From Candidatus Aenigmatarchaeota archaeon (GTDB lineage Archaea > Aenigmatarchaeota > Aenigmatarchaeia > CG10238-14 > SCSR01), in the NCBI GenBank assembly GCA_016187415.1, contig JACPJT010000001.1, positions 13,634 through 77,633 of the forward strand: a DNA stretch of 64,000 bases, given 5' to 3'. The translations under genes and the position numbers were made by a program. How positions within the stretch are numbered: position 1 is the stretch's first letter; each line of letters opens with the position of its first letter. The notes beneath the pieces are model-generated. The model did not search any database. It saw only the letters and a program-made list of their open reading frames with translations, and was not told the DNA's origin. Below, in pieces: positions 18,962 to 28,926 of this stretch.

Positions 18962-19921
18962 TTAAGCTTTATCCCATCTCGGATATGTTCCTCTGTTCAT
19001 CAGAACTCTGTCAACTCTAACAGAAATACCGGTTTTTCTCTTTATCATTTCACCACTCTCCATTTTAGCTATCCCTAATGCTATCAATTCTTCCTTCAAT
19101 GTCATTATCAAAATGGTTTCACCCCTCACAATTTCCTTTTGGATCCTGCATATACCGTTGGGATATAGCGGCGAACCATTGCATATAGCATCCACAGCTG
19201 AATCCTTGATAAAAACTTTTTTCACATGCCCTAAAGCATATTCAACTGGCATTAGCATCTCTCTCAACTTTTTCTCATCGCCATTTTCCCTCCAAAACTC
19301 GTAAGCGTCTCTGATTTCCACTAATGAGTGCGCTTCCTCTTCTGTAAAGTTGCCAACCTTGCTCCTTCTCAATTCTGCCATGTGCGCTCCTACTTTTAGA
19401 GCTTGGCCTATGTCGTGGCACAATTTCCTTATGTACGTCCCGGCTTCGCATCCGACTTTGAACAATACATCCCTGCCTTCAACTTCCAGTATATCAAAAA
19501 AATAAATATCCCGTTCCCTTTCAACTCGCGCAACTGCAGATTTGACTGGCGGTCTCTGTGTTATCGTGCCTACGAATTTGTTCAGGATGACATTCCTCAG
19601 AACATCTTCCGGGACTTCTGTGTGAAGGTGCATGACACCGACATACTCCTTGTCAAGTCCGCTCAGCACCGGCATTGTTTTTGTGGCGTTTTCTAACGCA
19701 ATTGGCAACACGCCAGTCACAGCAGGATCCAATGTCCCTGCATGTCCGTTCAATTTCGCTTTGAAAATATCTCTCACCCATGCAGTCACTTGGTGTGAAG
19801 TGGGCCCAGAATGTTTATCCGCGATTATCACAGCGGAATTAATCAGTTCTTCTATAGTTCTTTCTTTCGGCGATTTGCCGTATTCATGATTCGTTTCTTC
19901 CTCGCCTTTTGTCAACCACAT
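18962..19921 (-). CDS. cbf5: RNA-guided pseudouridine synthase Cbf5
   Basis: GPTSHQV, GHAGTLDPAVTG, GTYIRKLCHDIG, PUA domain. Confidence 0.95.
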   Translation of the reverse strand: MWLTKGEEETNHEYGKSPKERTIEELINSAVIIADKHSGPTSHQVTAWVRDIFKAKLNGHAGTLDPAVTGVLPIALENATKTMPVLSGLDKEYVGVMHLHTEVPEDVLRNVILNKFVGTITQRPPVKSAVARVERERDIYFFDILEVEGRDVLFKVGCEAGTYIRKLCHDIGQALKVGAHMAELRRSKVGNFTEEEAHSLVEIRDAYEFWRENGDEKKLREMLMPVEYALGHVKKVFIKDSAVDAICNGSPLYPNGICRIQKEIVRGETILIMTLKEELIALGIAKMESGEMIKRKTGISVRVDRVLMNRGTYPRWDKA

Positions 19922-19960
19922 AAAATGTAACTTTGAATTTAAAAATTAAAAGAGAGTGTC

Positions 19961-20314
19961 TTATTCTTTCTTTTCTTTAATCATCTTGGCAGTCGCCTCT
20001 TTTGCTTCGGCCTTGGTTTTCTCTCCCTTCAACTCGCCAGCTGAAGGCAGTTTCAAATTAAATTTGTGTATAACGCCGGCCTTCTTGTAAGCTTCTAGAA
20101 CATCTTCATCAGTCGCATCTTCTTTAAGCTCGACCTTAATTGAGCTGGGCTCCAAATGTGCTATGTTGCATTTTCTTCGCTTGATGCCAGTCAAAAGCTT
20201 AGGTCCGGTAATAGTAACAAAATTGCCGTTTGCGGGTTTTACAACGCAGCATATCCCGCCCGCTTCCCTGCCCACAATTTTCATGCATACAGTTCCAACA
20301 TCAACGCTTGCCAT
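19961..20314 (-). CDS. rpl14e: 50S ribosomal protein L14e
   Basis: VGTVCMKIVGREAG, TGIKRRKCNIAHLEP. Confidence 0.93.
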   Translation of the reverse strand: MASVDVGTVCMKIVGREAGGICCVVKPANGNFVTITGPKLLTGIKRRKCNIAHLEPSSIKVELKEDATDEDVLEAYKKAGVIHKFNLKLPSAGELKGEKTKAEAKEATAKMIKEKKE

Positions 20315-20315
20315 A

Positions 20316-20555
20316 TTATACACTCCTTATTTTTTCTTTAAATATTTCCCTGCTGCAGCCTGAACAGAGATAGCCGCCATATGGTCTCTCGGGACCCTTT
20401 TCACTTGCACTTAATTTCTTAAATTCGCTTTTAGTGGATTTCTTTATGCCCTGTAGAGGCATTTTGCAATTTGCGCATATGACTCTGGCGGGTTTCTCAT
20501 CTATCTGATAAATCCTTATCTTACCTGCCGGCGACTTGTTTTTTATCCTCTTCAT
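20316..20555 (-). CDS. rpl34e: 50S ribosomal protein L34e
   Basis: CANCKMPLQG, PERPYGGYLCSGC. Confidence 0.9.
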   Translation of the reverse strand: MKRIKNKSPAGKIRIYQIDEKPARVICANCKMPLQGIKKSTKSEFKKLSASEKGPERPYGGYLCSGCSREIFKEKIRSV

Positions 20556-20556
20556 C

Positions 20557-21045
20557 TCATTCACCTATGAATTTTCTCAGCAACCAACTTCCTGTAACTG
20601 AGACAAGTATATACCATAAAACCCAGCTTATATTGTTTCCTAAAAACGGCAAATAGAACGGCAAGCTTGCGATTCCTGCCAAGCTACCGAATTGCCTGCT
20701 TGCCCACGGAAACAGTACAATCAGCACTAAAAACGAGACTATCATCACTTTGAATGTTTGACCAAGATGCTGGTTGTTTATTGTCATGTACTCTTTCAAG
20801 AATCTGTTCACATCATCCTGTTTCCCTTCTTTCTGAGCTTTATTCATATTCTCTTTTACAGCCGCGAGTTTTTCCTTGATCTCTTTCATAACGTTTTTGT
20901 TTACCAGCAGCTTGTTCAGACCGTATATGAGCGCAGTCAATATTAGCGAAAAAAGGAATATTGCTATATGCGGCTTGAAAATTAGTAGAGGCGAGAATAC
21001 GGGATCTATAAGCACAGCCAATGGATTCAACAAATCTAACACCAT
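20557..21045 (-). CDS. DUF106 / EMC3-TMCO1 family membrane protein
   Basis: TM-coiled coil-TM, WVLWYIL motif; canonical position after secY. Confidence 0.85.
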   Translation of the reverse strand: MVLDLLNPLAVLIDPVFSPLLIFKPHIAIFLFSLILTALIYGLNKLLVNKNVMKEIKEKLAAVKENMNKAQKEGKQDDVNRFLKEYMTINNQHLGQTFKVMIVSFLVLIVLFPWASRQFGSLAGIASLPFYLPFLGNNISWVLWYILVSVTGSWLLRKFIGE

Positions 21046-21046
21046 T

Positions 21047-22474
21047 TTATTCACCAACAAATTTTCTAATCAACGGATGTGCCTCGTCCAGCTTCTCATG
21101 CTGGAGCTGCTCGTAATAATTATAAACGATCATAACAGTTAAAAGTATTCCAGTTCCCGTTCCTATGGCTCCTGTCAAGTCAGCGAATGCGGCGAGCAGA
21201 CCGATTGCAATACCGCCCAGTACAGACAACGCCGGTATATAGCGATTAAGCACGGCCTCCATGACTTTTGGATCTTTCCTGTATCCTGGTATCTGCAGCC
21301 CAGAGCTGTCCAATTGTCCTGCGACGCTTGCAGCATTCATGCTGGCGGTATTGACCCAGAATATAGAGAATATAGTTGCGCCCACTGTCAAAAACAGCGT
21401 ATACGTTAACGCCCTTACAAGTTCGGATGGAATCAATGAACCGGTGACAATCTGTGCCAGCAGGCTGTTATGAAAGCCGCCCCTGCCAGGCGCGGAAAGA
21501 TAATAGACTAGTCCGCTTTCAGCCACGCCTCCCTGGCCGAAGCATCCCAGCAGACTGCAAGTCAATCCATCTGATGTAACGGTTGCACCAAATCTGCCAA
21601 GCAATTGTATGTTCGCAATCAATGCGGCTGTAAGTATGACTGGGATATTGCTCGTGTACAAAAGTTTCAGATCCCATGTCCTGCCGAATCCCCTTAAAGT
21701 GGAAAATGTTAGTGGCAATTGAATTTTGATGTGCTGGGCATAAACAACCATGAAAAATATGGCTAGAGTCGTTATTACGGGGAGTATATACCCAAGTGCC
21801 AGCGTGCTGTTTCCCACCATCATGCTATCTATGAACCCCGGTATGCCACCCGCAATTCTGCCACCGCTGGCCAGCGGACTTATCACACCGATGATGACTT
21901 GCGTGGCTACTCCTGATGCGATGAAAAGGCTGACGCCTGATCCGAATCCCCACTTGCTAACCAATTCATCCAAGATGATAACTATAATTCCGCCTGCGGC
22001 AAGCTGAATTATTACGAAGAAAATTAAGAAAGGCGATGGCGATAGCGGTATTGTTCCAGAAAATGTAAATGCAGCCGCCTCTACAAAAGCCAATAGTACG
22101 GCCATTATCTTGTTCCAAGTCTGGAATTTCTTCCTGCCTTCAGGCTTTGTCACATCCCAGCTTATTATTTTTGAACCTATCAGAAGCTGCATTATAATAC
22201 CGCCTGTAACTATAGGACCGATGCCCAGCGTCATCAGGCTTCCGAATTTCGAACCTAGTAATACTTCATATGGTTTGAACTGGTCGAACGAAACGTCTTT
22301 GCTTACCCCGACAACGGTAATGTGGGAAAGCAGTAGGAACAACAGTAATGCTATTCCAGTCCATTTTAGTTTCGAGTTCAGACTCTCTTTATAGTCCGGT
22401 TTGCCGACAGAAGGGAAAAATCTTGAAACTCTAGAAGCAAAATCTTTTTTATCTTCCGACTGATTCTCGTCCAT
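21047..22474 (-). CDS. secY: preprotein translocase SecY
   Basis: LGIGPIVT, DELVSKWGFGSGVSLFI, YTSNIPVIL, GTGILLTV. Confidence 0.97.
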   Translation of the reverse strand: MDENQSEDKKDFASRVSRFFPSVGKPDYKESLNSKLKWTGIALLLFLLLSHITVVGVSKDVSFDQFKPYEVLLGSKFGSLMTLGIGPIVTGGIIMQLLIGSKIISWDVTKPEGRKKFQTWNKIMAVLLAFVEAAAFTFSGTIPLSPSPFLIFFVIIQLAAGGIIVIILDELVSKWGFGSGVSLFIASGVATQVIIGVISPLASGGRIAGGIPGFIDSMMVGNSTLALGYILPVITTLAIFFMVVYAQHIKIQLPLTFSTLRGFGRTWDLKLLYTSNIPVILTAALIANIQLLGRFGATVTSDGLTCSLLGCFGQGGVAESGLVYYLSAPGRGGFHNSLLAQIVTGSLIPSELVRALTYTLFLTVGATIFSIFWVNTASMNAASVAGQLDSSGLQIPGYRKDPKVMEAVLNRYIPALSVLGGIAIGLLAAFADLTGAIGTGTGILLTVMIVYNYYEQLQHEKLDEAHPLIRKFVGE

Positions 22475-22483
22475 AGAGCAACC

Positions 22484-22921
22484 TTATATTTTGACGGCTT
22501 TGCCGCCAACTTCTTCCAATTTTTTAATCGCAGACTTTGAAAAATATTTACCCTCTACAATCAGCGGTTTGATTGCCTTGCCTGTGCCTAGAAGTTTTTC
22601 ATATCCGAGTTTGGCCAGCGCTATTTTTACTTTCCCGTCTTGTTCCTCAACAAGTTTCTGGTCTTTAAGTTTGTCAACCATAAGATAAAGCTCTTTCAAG
22701 TTTATGGTTCTCACATCTTCCATTAGCGAATGGTGCCTTTTGAAGCCATGTTTGCCAAAATGTTCTGGGTCGTATTTTAGCATAGTCCCTTTCTTGTGGT
22801 GAGCCAACCCTACGTTGCCTCTGCCGCCATGGTTTCCAGGTCCTCTCCATTTTTTATGCGAGCCATGATAAGTTCTATACCCACGGAACCTCGAATGTTT
22901 CTTTCTTTTTCTGACTACCAT
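22484..22921 (-). CDS. rpl15: 50S ribosomal protein uL15
   Basis: RGPGNHGGRGNVG, FGKHGF, KLLGTG. Confidence 0.95.
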   Translation of the reverse strand: MVVRKRKKHSRFRGYRTYHGSHKKWRGPGNHGGRGNVGLAHHKKGTMLKYDPEHFGKHGFKRHHSLMEDVRTINLKELYLMVDKLKDQKLVEEQDGKVKIALAKLGYEKLLGTGKAIKPLIVEGKYFSKSAIKKLEEVGGKAVKI

Positions 22922-23380
22922 TCAAATCATTTCCTTAAGCAAGCCGTTTATAGCTACACCTCTGTAACCCAAATCCCCTTTTGGATAGTGCGATTTTATA
23001 GATTTAAACCCTTTGGAAGGCGGTGAGAGCCGGAAAATGCGTTTAATATTTTTGAAATCGCTTAATTTAATCTTCCCAGACAACAACGCATCTGCAAGTT
23101 CTTCATAAGAATTATGGCCAAAAATTACCTTCAACGAGTCTTCGCTTACCCTTTCTTCATTGTTCAATCTAAGCCTCTTTCGGAGAAGCTCCACCAGTGT
23201 GGGCTTGTCTATTTCGCCGAACGTGATGTAATTCCTCATCTTTTCGAGCATTCCTTTGTAGCTAGGTTCATCTGGCAACAATATGCAATGATGCGGCGCG
23301 TCCAATTTCAACATCCTCAGAGTATCCTTGAACCCTTTCATCATATCCACATTCCCTCTTATTCTGATTATGCTGAACAT
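22922..23380 (-). CDS. rpl30: 50S ribosomal protein uL30
   Basis: IIRIRG, FRLSPPSKGF, GDLGYRG. Confidence 0.95.
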   Translation of the reverse strand: MFSIIRIRGNVDMMKGFKDTLRMLKLDAPHHCILLPDEPSYKGMLEKMRNYITFGEIDKPTLVELLRKRLRLNNEERVSEDSLKVIFGHNSYEELADALLSGKIKLSDFKNIKRIFRLSPPSKGFKSIKSHYPKGDLGYRGVAINGLLKEMI

Positions 23381-23499
23381 AGTTTCACTTAGATTAATGA
23401 AATTTAATGTCTTTTAAGCTTTAAGAAATTTTGTTAGAGATAAAATATTGCGTTTAAGAAAAGATAAGCCTAAAAACATAACATAATCTAAAGGAATAT

Positions 23500-24606
23500 A
23501 TGAGACCAGAAATAAGCGTGTTCATACCGGTATATAAGGGGATCGGTCTCTTATCCAAGAATTTGGGAAATCTGGTAACCCAGAAGATCAATAAGGAAAT
23601 ATTCGTTGTCGTAGACGGCGAACCGTCGCAAGAGAGTCTGCATGCATTTAAAGAATTTGGCAAGAATGCCAATTTCATTTTCAACAGCAAAAGAATAGGA
23701 AAGGTAAACGGCCTGAACAAGGCTGTAAAAAGAGCAAAAGGCAATGTGTTCGTTTTTTTGGACGATGACGTCGAAGTTGCAAATGATTCAAGGTTTCTTC
23801 AGAAAATCGTAAGCGAGATGCACGATACGGATATACTGGAAATTAAAAAAGAAGTTGTTGACAATTCCTTGCTCTCAAAGATGACTTACTGCGAATACGT
23901 CGGGTTTAACATCTGGGCATGGCTGTTGACGAGGTTTGGCAAGAGGTCGCCGTCTGTAAACGGCCAGGCGTTCGCCATAAAAAGGAACATTTTTGATTCA
24001 TTAAACGGATTCAGGAGAGTCATAGCCGAAGATTTGGACATGGGCATGAGGGCCTTCCTGAAAAATTACAGATTCAAATACACAGACAAAGTAAAGGTTT
24101 ACAATCATGTAATTTCTGATTTTAAAACTTGGGTCATTCAGCGCACAAGATGGGCCACAGCAAATGCATTTTGCGTCAGAGAATGCTTCTTGGAACTGAT
24201 AAAAAAATCTGCAACCAAATATCAGATATTCATTCCCGCGCTACTTTTCCTCTTCCCGTCAATTATACTGCTGTTATCAGGATTTTTAGTGCCTAAGATA
24301 ACGGTATACAACATCGTTTCATCGATCTCGTCGTTTCTGACGAACTTTGACATGTCCATGCCGATCTGGTTTCTGACAACCGTGGGCCTGAATTTAATCA
24401 AGGGGATATCACTTTCTATAATAAGTTTTGCGATATTTTCAAGCCTGTCGTTCATGCTGTCCAAAAGAGTGGGGCTGGAGTTCAAGTTAGACGGTTTCCT
24501 TATGTACTACTTCTTCTATTCAGTCCTCAGCATGCTGATACAGATAGTCGGCTTCACCAAAGTATTCATTTTTAATGACACCTCGTCTTCGGACTGGAAA
24601 GTTTGA
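23500..24606 (+). CDS. GT2-family membrane glycosyltransferase
   Basis: ISVFIPVY, VVVDG, GKVNGLN, FLDDD, AEDLD, QRTRW motif, C-terminal TMs. Confidence 0.88.
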   Translation: MRPEISVFIPVYKGIGLLSKNLGNLVTQKINKEIFVVVDGEPSQESLHAFKEFGKNANFIFNSKRIGKVNGLNKAVKRAKGNVFVFLDDDVEVANDSRFLQKIVSEMHDTDILEIKKEVVDNSLLSKMTYCEYVGFNIWAWLLTRFGKRSPSVNGQAFAIKRNIFDSLNGFRRVIAEDLDMGMRAFLKNYRFKYTDKVKVYNHVISDFKTWVIQRTRWATANAFCVRECFLELIKKSATKYQIFIPALLFLFPSIILLLSGFLVPKITVYNIVSSISSFLTNFDMSMPIWFLTTVGLNLIKGISLSIISFAIFSSLSFMLSKRVGLEFKLDGFLMYYFFYSVLSMLIQIVGFTKVFIFNDTSSSDWKV

Positions 24607-24610
24607 TTAT

Positions 24611-24916
24611 CTACCTACGGTTTTCAAAATTTTCAATCATATAGTCGATTATACCTTTTTTATTACGATTCGTTAAATAATCCAATCCTCGGGCTAATGT
24701 GTAAAAGGCAATCCCCCCGACAATACCCACACCCCAACCCATTGAACCATATTCAACATAACCCATCACATCTTTATTTTTGGCTGCTGCCTCTTCCAGT
24801 CCAGCAACCGCACCTACAATTGATAAACCAACAGCGCCAAGTGTGGCAAGACCAAATGCATGTAGACTTCTAAAATTTAGAACGACCCTTGCGGCATTGC
24901 GTCGTATATTATACAC
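24611..24916 (-). CDS. hypothetical two-TM protein
   Basis: 101 aa with two hydrophobic segments. Confidence 0.55.
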   Translation of the reverse strand: MYNIRRNAARVVLNFRSLHAFGLATLGAVGLSIVGAVAGLEEAAAKNKDVMGYVEYGSMGWGVGIVGGIAFYTLARGLDYLTNRNKKGIIDYMIENFENRR

Positions 24917-25011
24917 ATTTATATATTATTCCAGAAAGTTTAAAAGTTTGGAGTAGCACTATCACAGAGTCATTGCTTAATTTTAAATATGCGAACTGAT
25001 TAACTAAATGT

Positions 25012-25440
25012 ATGCCTTTATTGTACACTCTATTTGAATTGCTCGACAAAATATTTCCCGCTAAGATTGCTTATGCGCATTGCGACATACCGTGCGGCAT
25101 TTACGATCCTCATCTGGCTCAGATGGCTGCGCATACAGTCATCAGGATGGTCACTTTGATCAATGAACTTACTCCAAAAATGACGCCGGATGCGAAACCC
25201 GAACAAATGCATGAGCATGTCCAAAAGAATCCGGACCTCCATGATCTTGTGTGGAAGGTGATGAAGCTCGGCTCAAAAGTGAAACAAGAAGTGAATTTAC
25301 AATCTTCAGAGGATCTGCTGGAAACTGTCAATAAGATTGCTGAGATATTCTGGAAAACGAAAGACATGGGAACTGTAAGATACAAATCACCGTATCCAAC
25401 AGCAAGAGAAACTGTATATCCAGCACCAAAGAAAAGTTAA
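25012..25440 (+). CDS. sodN: nickel superoxide dismutase precursor (appears to lack a central segment)
   Basis: Leader then Ni-hook AHCDIPCGIYDP; C-terminal IAEIFWKTK; expected KEEHAE...LW.DYFKPE helix is absent. Confidence 0.88.
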   Translation: MPLLYTLFELLDKIFPAKIAYAHCDIPCGIYDPHLAQMAAHTVIRMVTLINELTPKMTPDAKPEQMHEHVQKNPDLHDLVWKVMKLGSKVKQEVNLQSSEDLLETVNKIAEIFWKTKDMGTVRYKSPYPTARETVYPAPKKS

Positions 25441-25467
25441 TTTAGTTTATTTCACCATTCCTATTTC

Positions 25468-25773
25468 ATGTTTCCCATAATGCGGTTTAAGGTCGAAGAC
25501 AGGAGTATGGAACCCGCAATTCGGGCTGGCGATTATGTCGTAGTCAACAGGCTGGTTTATGCATTGCGAAATCCCTCTAAAGGCGACATAATTGTTCTAA
25601 GACATCCGAAAGAAAAAAAGAAATTTTTAATCAAGCGTATATCCGTTGTAACAAACTCAAACGAATATTATGTTGTTGGTGACAATAAGGATTTCAGCCA
25701 AGACAGCAGGCATTTCGGGCCGATTAAACAAAGTTCAATAATTGGAAAAGTTTGGTTCCATGTGAAGTCTTGA
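25468..25773 (+). CDS. sodX: NiSOD maturation protease (S26 family)
   Basis: SMEPAIRAGD, LIKRI, VVGDN..FSQDSRHFG; adjacent to sodN. Confidence 0.88.
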   Translation: MFPIMRFKVEDRSMEPAIRAGDYVVVNRLVYALRNPSKGDIIVLRHPKEKKKFLIKRISVVTNSNEYYVVGDNKDFSQDSRHFGPIKQSSIIGKVWFHVKS

Positions 25774-25774
25774 T

Positions 25775-26569
25775 TCATTTCTCGTAAACATACAAATTTT
25801 TCAAAGCATCAAAAACGGCTAAAATCAGGTTGACCCTGTTGGAAGTATTTCCAAAAGTCTTTATCCATACGTCTTTGATACCAGCTAATCTGAGCAACTT
25901 TTTGGTTTCGTTGTCTGCCACAAGTCCAACGCCTTTAGGAGCCGGCATCAATTCAACCCTTACAGACCCTGAATGTCCTTTTGTTTTAAATGCTATCGAA
26001 TGTTCCGTACCGCAACCGCATTCCCAATCGCCGCAACCTCTTTTTATTTTTATGACACTTAATTTGGCCTTTCTAAGCGATTTTTCCATCGAAGTTCTAG
26101 GTTCGACACTGGCGCCTCTTCCCACACCTAAGATACCGTTGCCATCCCCGACGACGAAAAGTGCGGATGTACTAAATCTTCTTCCTGAACCATGCATCTT
26201 CGCAGTTATTCTAATCGGAATCCTTTGTATACCGCCGCCTTTGCCCCCCCTTCCGCCTATGAGTATTAGTTCACTTTGAAGAGCAGGAACAAGATGATCG
26301 ACTATCTGATATTCAACTATCTTGCTGCCAGAGGAAAATATTTCATCTATGTTTTTAATTTTCCCTTCCAAAACCCGTTTCCCAAGAATTGTCTTGGGTT
26401 TCCATGATGATTCAGGCTGCGGCTCTTCGACAACTGGGACCTGAGCTATGACTTCGGGAGCTTCTTCCGGAGTTACCATAACAACGACGGGCACCTTTTC
26501 CATGGATTCTTCCGAAGTTGTATTATTAGGTTCACTTTCAGTTTTATTTTTTTCTTCAGACTTTTCCAT
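25775..26569 (-). CDS. rps5: 30S ribosomal protein uS5
   Basis: WKPKTILG, GCGDWECGCG, PAPKGVGLV. Confidence 0.95.
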   Translation of the reverse strand: MEKSEEKNKTESEPNNTTSEESMEKVPVVVMVTPEEAPEVIAQVPVVEEPQPESSWKPKTILGKRVLEGKIKNIDEIFSSGSKIVEYQIVDHLVPALQSELILIGGRGGKGGGIQRIPIRITAKMHGSGRRFSTSALFVVGDGNGILGVGRGASVEPRTSMEKSLRKAKLSVIKIKRGCGDWECGCGTEHSIAFKTKGHSGSVRVELMPAPKGVGLVADNETKKLLRLAGIKDVWIKTFGNTSNRVNLILAVFDALKNLYVYEK

Positions 26570-27082
26570 TTATCCACCCAGTATCTTATTCTTGACCTTT
26601 TCAAATTCTGAAGTCAAGTTCTTAAACTTCTCATTTGATGAAATGTGCATTCCTTTAATTCTCTCATCACTAGGCAGCATCTCATCCTCTACTGACATGC
26701 TCATGCCAGCATCTTTAGCGCCTTTAATAACCGCAAAAATTCTCGAACCCCTAACCGGAGCATACAAACCGGAATCAGGAATAACTCCATCCAACTTTTT
26801 TTCCACTGCGCTCTTCCCAATCAACAGTCCTGTCAAATATGCTGCTGATATGTTATCACACGCAAAGTTCCACCCCAGCTTTTTTAATTCTCTGCTGCTC
26901 GCAGCTACAACTACTTTGTCGCCTTTGTTACCAAATTCCGCTATCTGCGCGGTGATGTAGTTAAGGCTTCGCCTAATTACCAATCTTGGCGCGCCAGACT
27001 TTAACAATCGCAATCTTTGCTGATAATCCGTCTTACCTTCTTTTCTTCTCTTGAATGGCATTTTATATCGTGGCGACTGCAT
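26570..27082 (-). CDS. rpl18: 50S ribosomal protein uL18
   Basis: RRKEGKTDY..RLRLLKS, AAYLTG. Confidence 0.95.
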   Translation of the reverse strand: MQSPRYKMPFKRRKEGKTDYQQRLRLLKSGAPRLVIRRSLNYITAQIAEFGNKGDKVVVAASSRELKKLGWNFACDNISAAYLTGLLIGKSAVEKKLDGVIPDSGLYAPVRGSRIFAVIKGAKDAGMSMSVEDEMLPSDERIKGMHISSNEKFKNLTSEFEKVKNKILGG

Positions 27083-27086
27083 GAAA

Positions 27087-27509
27087 TCACTTTAACATTT
27101 TATTCTGTTCTATGTACAGCTTCAAGTGCGCCCTGCTTCTAAACATGCCGCCTTTTATCAAACCATAGAGCGATCTATAACTCACATTGTCCAATTTGCT
27201 TTCATCCTTAAGCTCTTTGATCATCCTTCTTTGAGTGCGGACAGCGGCCATCCATCTGCTTTTTCGGGAAACAATCGAATATTTTTTACCTTCTTTGCTG
27301 CCATGGCCTCGTTTTCTCTTGACTTTCGCAACTGATATTCTCACTTTTTTAGGGTGAATTTTGATATCGCCTTTTTTGATCAGTTTGCGTATATCCCAAT
27401 TGGTTATGGCCTTTTCTATGTCCTTCAGTTTATCAGGATTAAACCACACTCTAGATATGCCCGCTTTCATTACTTTCGCAGCCATTCTTTTTTGTACGTT
27501 TGGCATCAA
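27087..27509 (-). CDS. rpl19e: 50S ribosomal protein L19e
   Basis: QKRMAAKVM..G..RVW, RGHGSKEG, KGGMFRS. Confidence 0.95.
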   Translation of the reverse strand: MMPNVQKRMAAKVMKAGISRVWFNPDKLKDIEKAITNWDIRKLIKKGDIKIHPKKVRISVAKVKRKRGHGSKEGKKYSIVSRKSRWMAAVRTQRRMIKELKDESKLDNVSYRSLYGLIKGGMFRSRAHLKLYIEQNKMLK

Positions 27510-27559
27510 ATCACTTCAATAATTCTGAAGAATAGAATTTAAATGCTTTAAAAGATTTA

Positions 27560-27901
27560 CTAGGGATTCAGAACCTTCAACTTCAGTTCTTCCGCTTTCT
27601 TTAGTATGTCGGTTCTCTTTCTGTTGCCTACAGACGAAGATATCCTCACAGCTTCCTTTCCTGCGTCCATTTTTCCCAATGCATCCACATTGCTGACCAG
27701 AACTTCCCTGAACCCTGACGGGTGCAGGTATCTCAAATCTCTGGGACCCCGATAACCAACATTGGGCATCTGCAATTTGCCCTTTCTTTTCTCCGCCACC
27801 TTGGAGTTTATGCCTTTCGGTTTTCTCCAAGACGACTTTACCCTTTTCAAGGATGCGGACAGCCATCTTACAAATTTCGGATTTTTTTTCTTATTGACCA
27901 T
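27560..27901 (-). CDS. rpl32e: 50S ribosomal protein L32e
   Basis: WRKPKGINSK, GYRGP, LHPSGF. Confidence 0.95.
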   Translation of the reverse strand: MVNKKKNPKFVRWLSASLKRVKSSWRKPKGINSKVAEKRKGKLQMPNVGYRGPRDLRYLHPSGFREVLVSNVDALGKMDAGKEAVRISSSVGNRKRTDILKKAEELKLKVLNP

Positions 27902-27906
27902 TGATA

Positions 27907-28434
27907 TCACTTTTTACCTGATACTAAATATATGCCATCGGAAAATCTTCTTTTGTCAAAACCCACTATTCTGCAGGATTGCTCGATATTGGATGCGGTC
28001 TGCCCGACATCTTCCAGATTTATGCCGGTGATGGTTACATCCAGGCCGTCTATCTTTACTTGGGTATCTCCTATGATATCAGCGACTCTTGATGTCCTTT
28101 CACCAATGAAATTCTGTGTGACCACCTTCCTGCCTTCAAGCTTGACTGTCATTGGGAAGTGGCTGTAGACTATTTTCATACGATAAGTATAACCATTGGT
28201 CACACCTTCGGCCATGTTTCTTATATGCGCAATCATCGTGCCGATCATCGCCTTCACTTCCCTCTTTGACAATTCCGAAGAGATCTTGACCTTGTTTTCG
28301 GTTTTTTCGATTTTTATACCAAAAGCAAGTTTGAATGTCCTTTCCAGCTGGCCTTTCGCCCCGGAAACCCTTACCTTACCGCCATCAGTTTCAATAGAAA
28401 TATTCGCTGGAATCAAGAATTCTTTAGAATACAT
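27907..28434 (-). CDS. rpl6: 50S ribosomal protein uL6
   Basis: YSHFPM, NFIGER, VGQTASNIEQ, DKRRFSDGIY. Confidence 0.95.
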   Translation of the reverse strand: MYSKEFLIPANISIETDGGKVRVSGAKGQLERTFKLAFGIKIEKTENKVKISSELSKREVKAMIGTMIAHIRNMAEGVTNGYTYRMKIVYSHFPMTVKLEGRKVVTQNFIGERTSRVADIIGDTQVKIDGLDVTITGINLEDVGQTASNIEQSCRIVGFDKRRFSDGIYLVSGKK

Positions 28435-28442
28435 AAAATCAC

Positions 28443-28829
28443 TTAATAGATGTAAGATAGCAACCTTCCGCCAATCTTAAGCTCTTTGGCTTTTTTATGT
28501 TCCATGACGCCTTGCGATGTAGACATGATTAACAAACCCATGTTTCGTGCTGGTAGGAACCTTTTCTCAAATTTTTCATATTTGTCAGTGGTCACAGCAA
28601 ATCTGGGTTTGATGATCTTGCAGTCGATTATCTTGCCCTTTAATTCAACTTTGAACAAGCCGCCTTTGCCGTCTTCTATTTTTTCAAACGATCCGATATA
28701 ACCGTTATCATGCATGACCTTGAGAACATTGCCTATCAGTTTGCTGGACTTGACTACACAATCCCTGTCTCCTATTCTTTCAGCATTCTTCACTACTGTC
28801 AGTGCATCTGCCAATGTATCCTGCAACAT
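28443..28829 (-). CDS. rps8: 30S ribosomal protein uS8
   Basis: [27 protein letters not shown]. Confidence 0.95.
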   Translation of the reverse strand: MLQDTLADALTVVKNAERIGDRDCVVKSSKLIGNVLKVMHDNGYIGSFEKIEDGKGGLFKVELKGKIIDCKIIKPRFAVTTDKYEKFEKRFLPARNMGLLIMSTSQGVMEHKKAKELKIGGRLLSYIY

Positions 28830-28926
28830 AAATTCACTCTATTATCTATGGAAATAGCATTTAAAAAGTTTAAAGCAATGCTAGAATTTAATATACGGTA
28901 CCAATTAATTAACTGGTTAGAAAATA

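Noticed and set aside
19700-19760. Crenarchaeal-type intron in cbf5
   Set aside because: The GHAGTLDP motif is uninterrupted.
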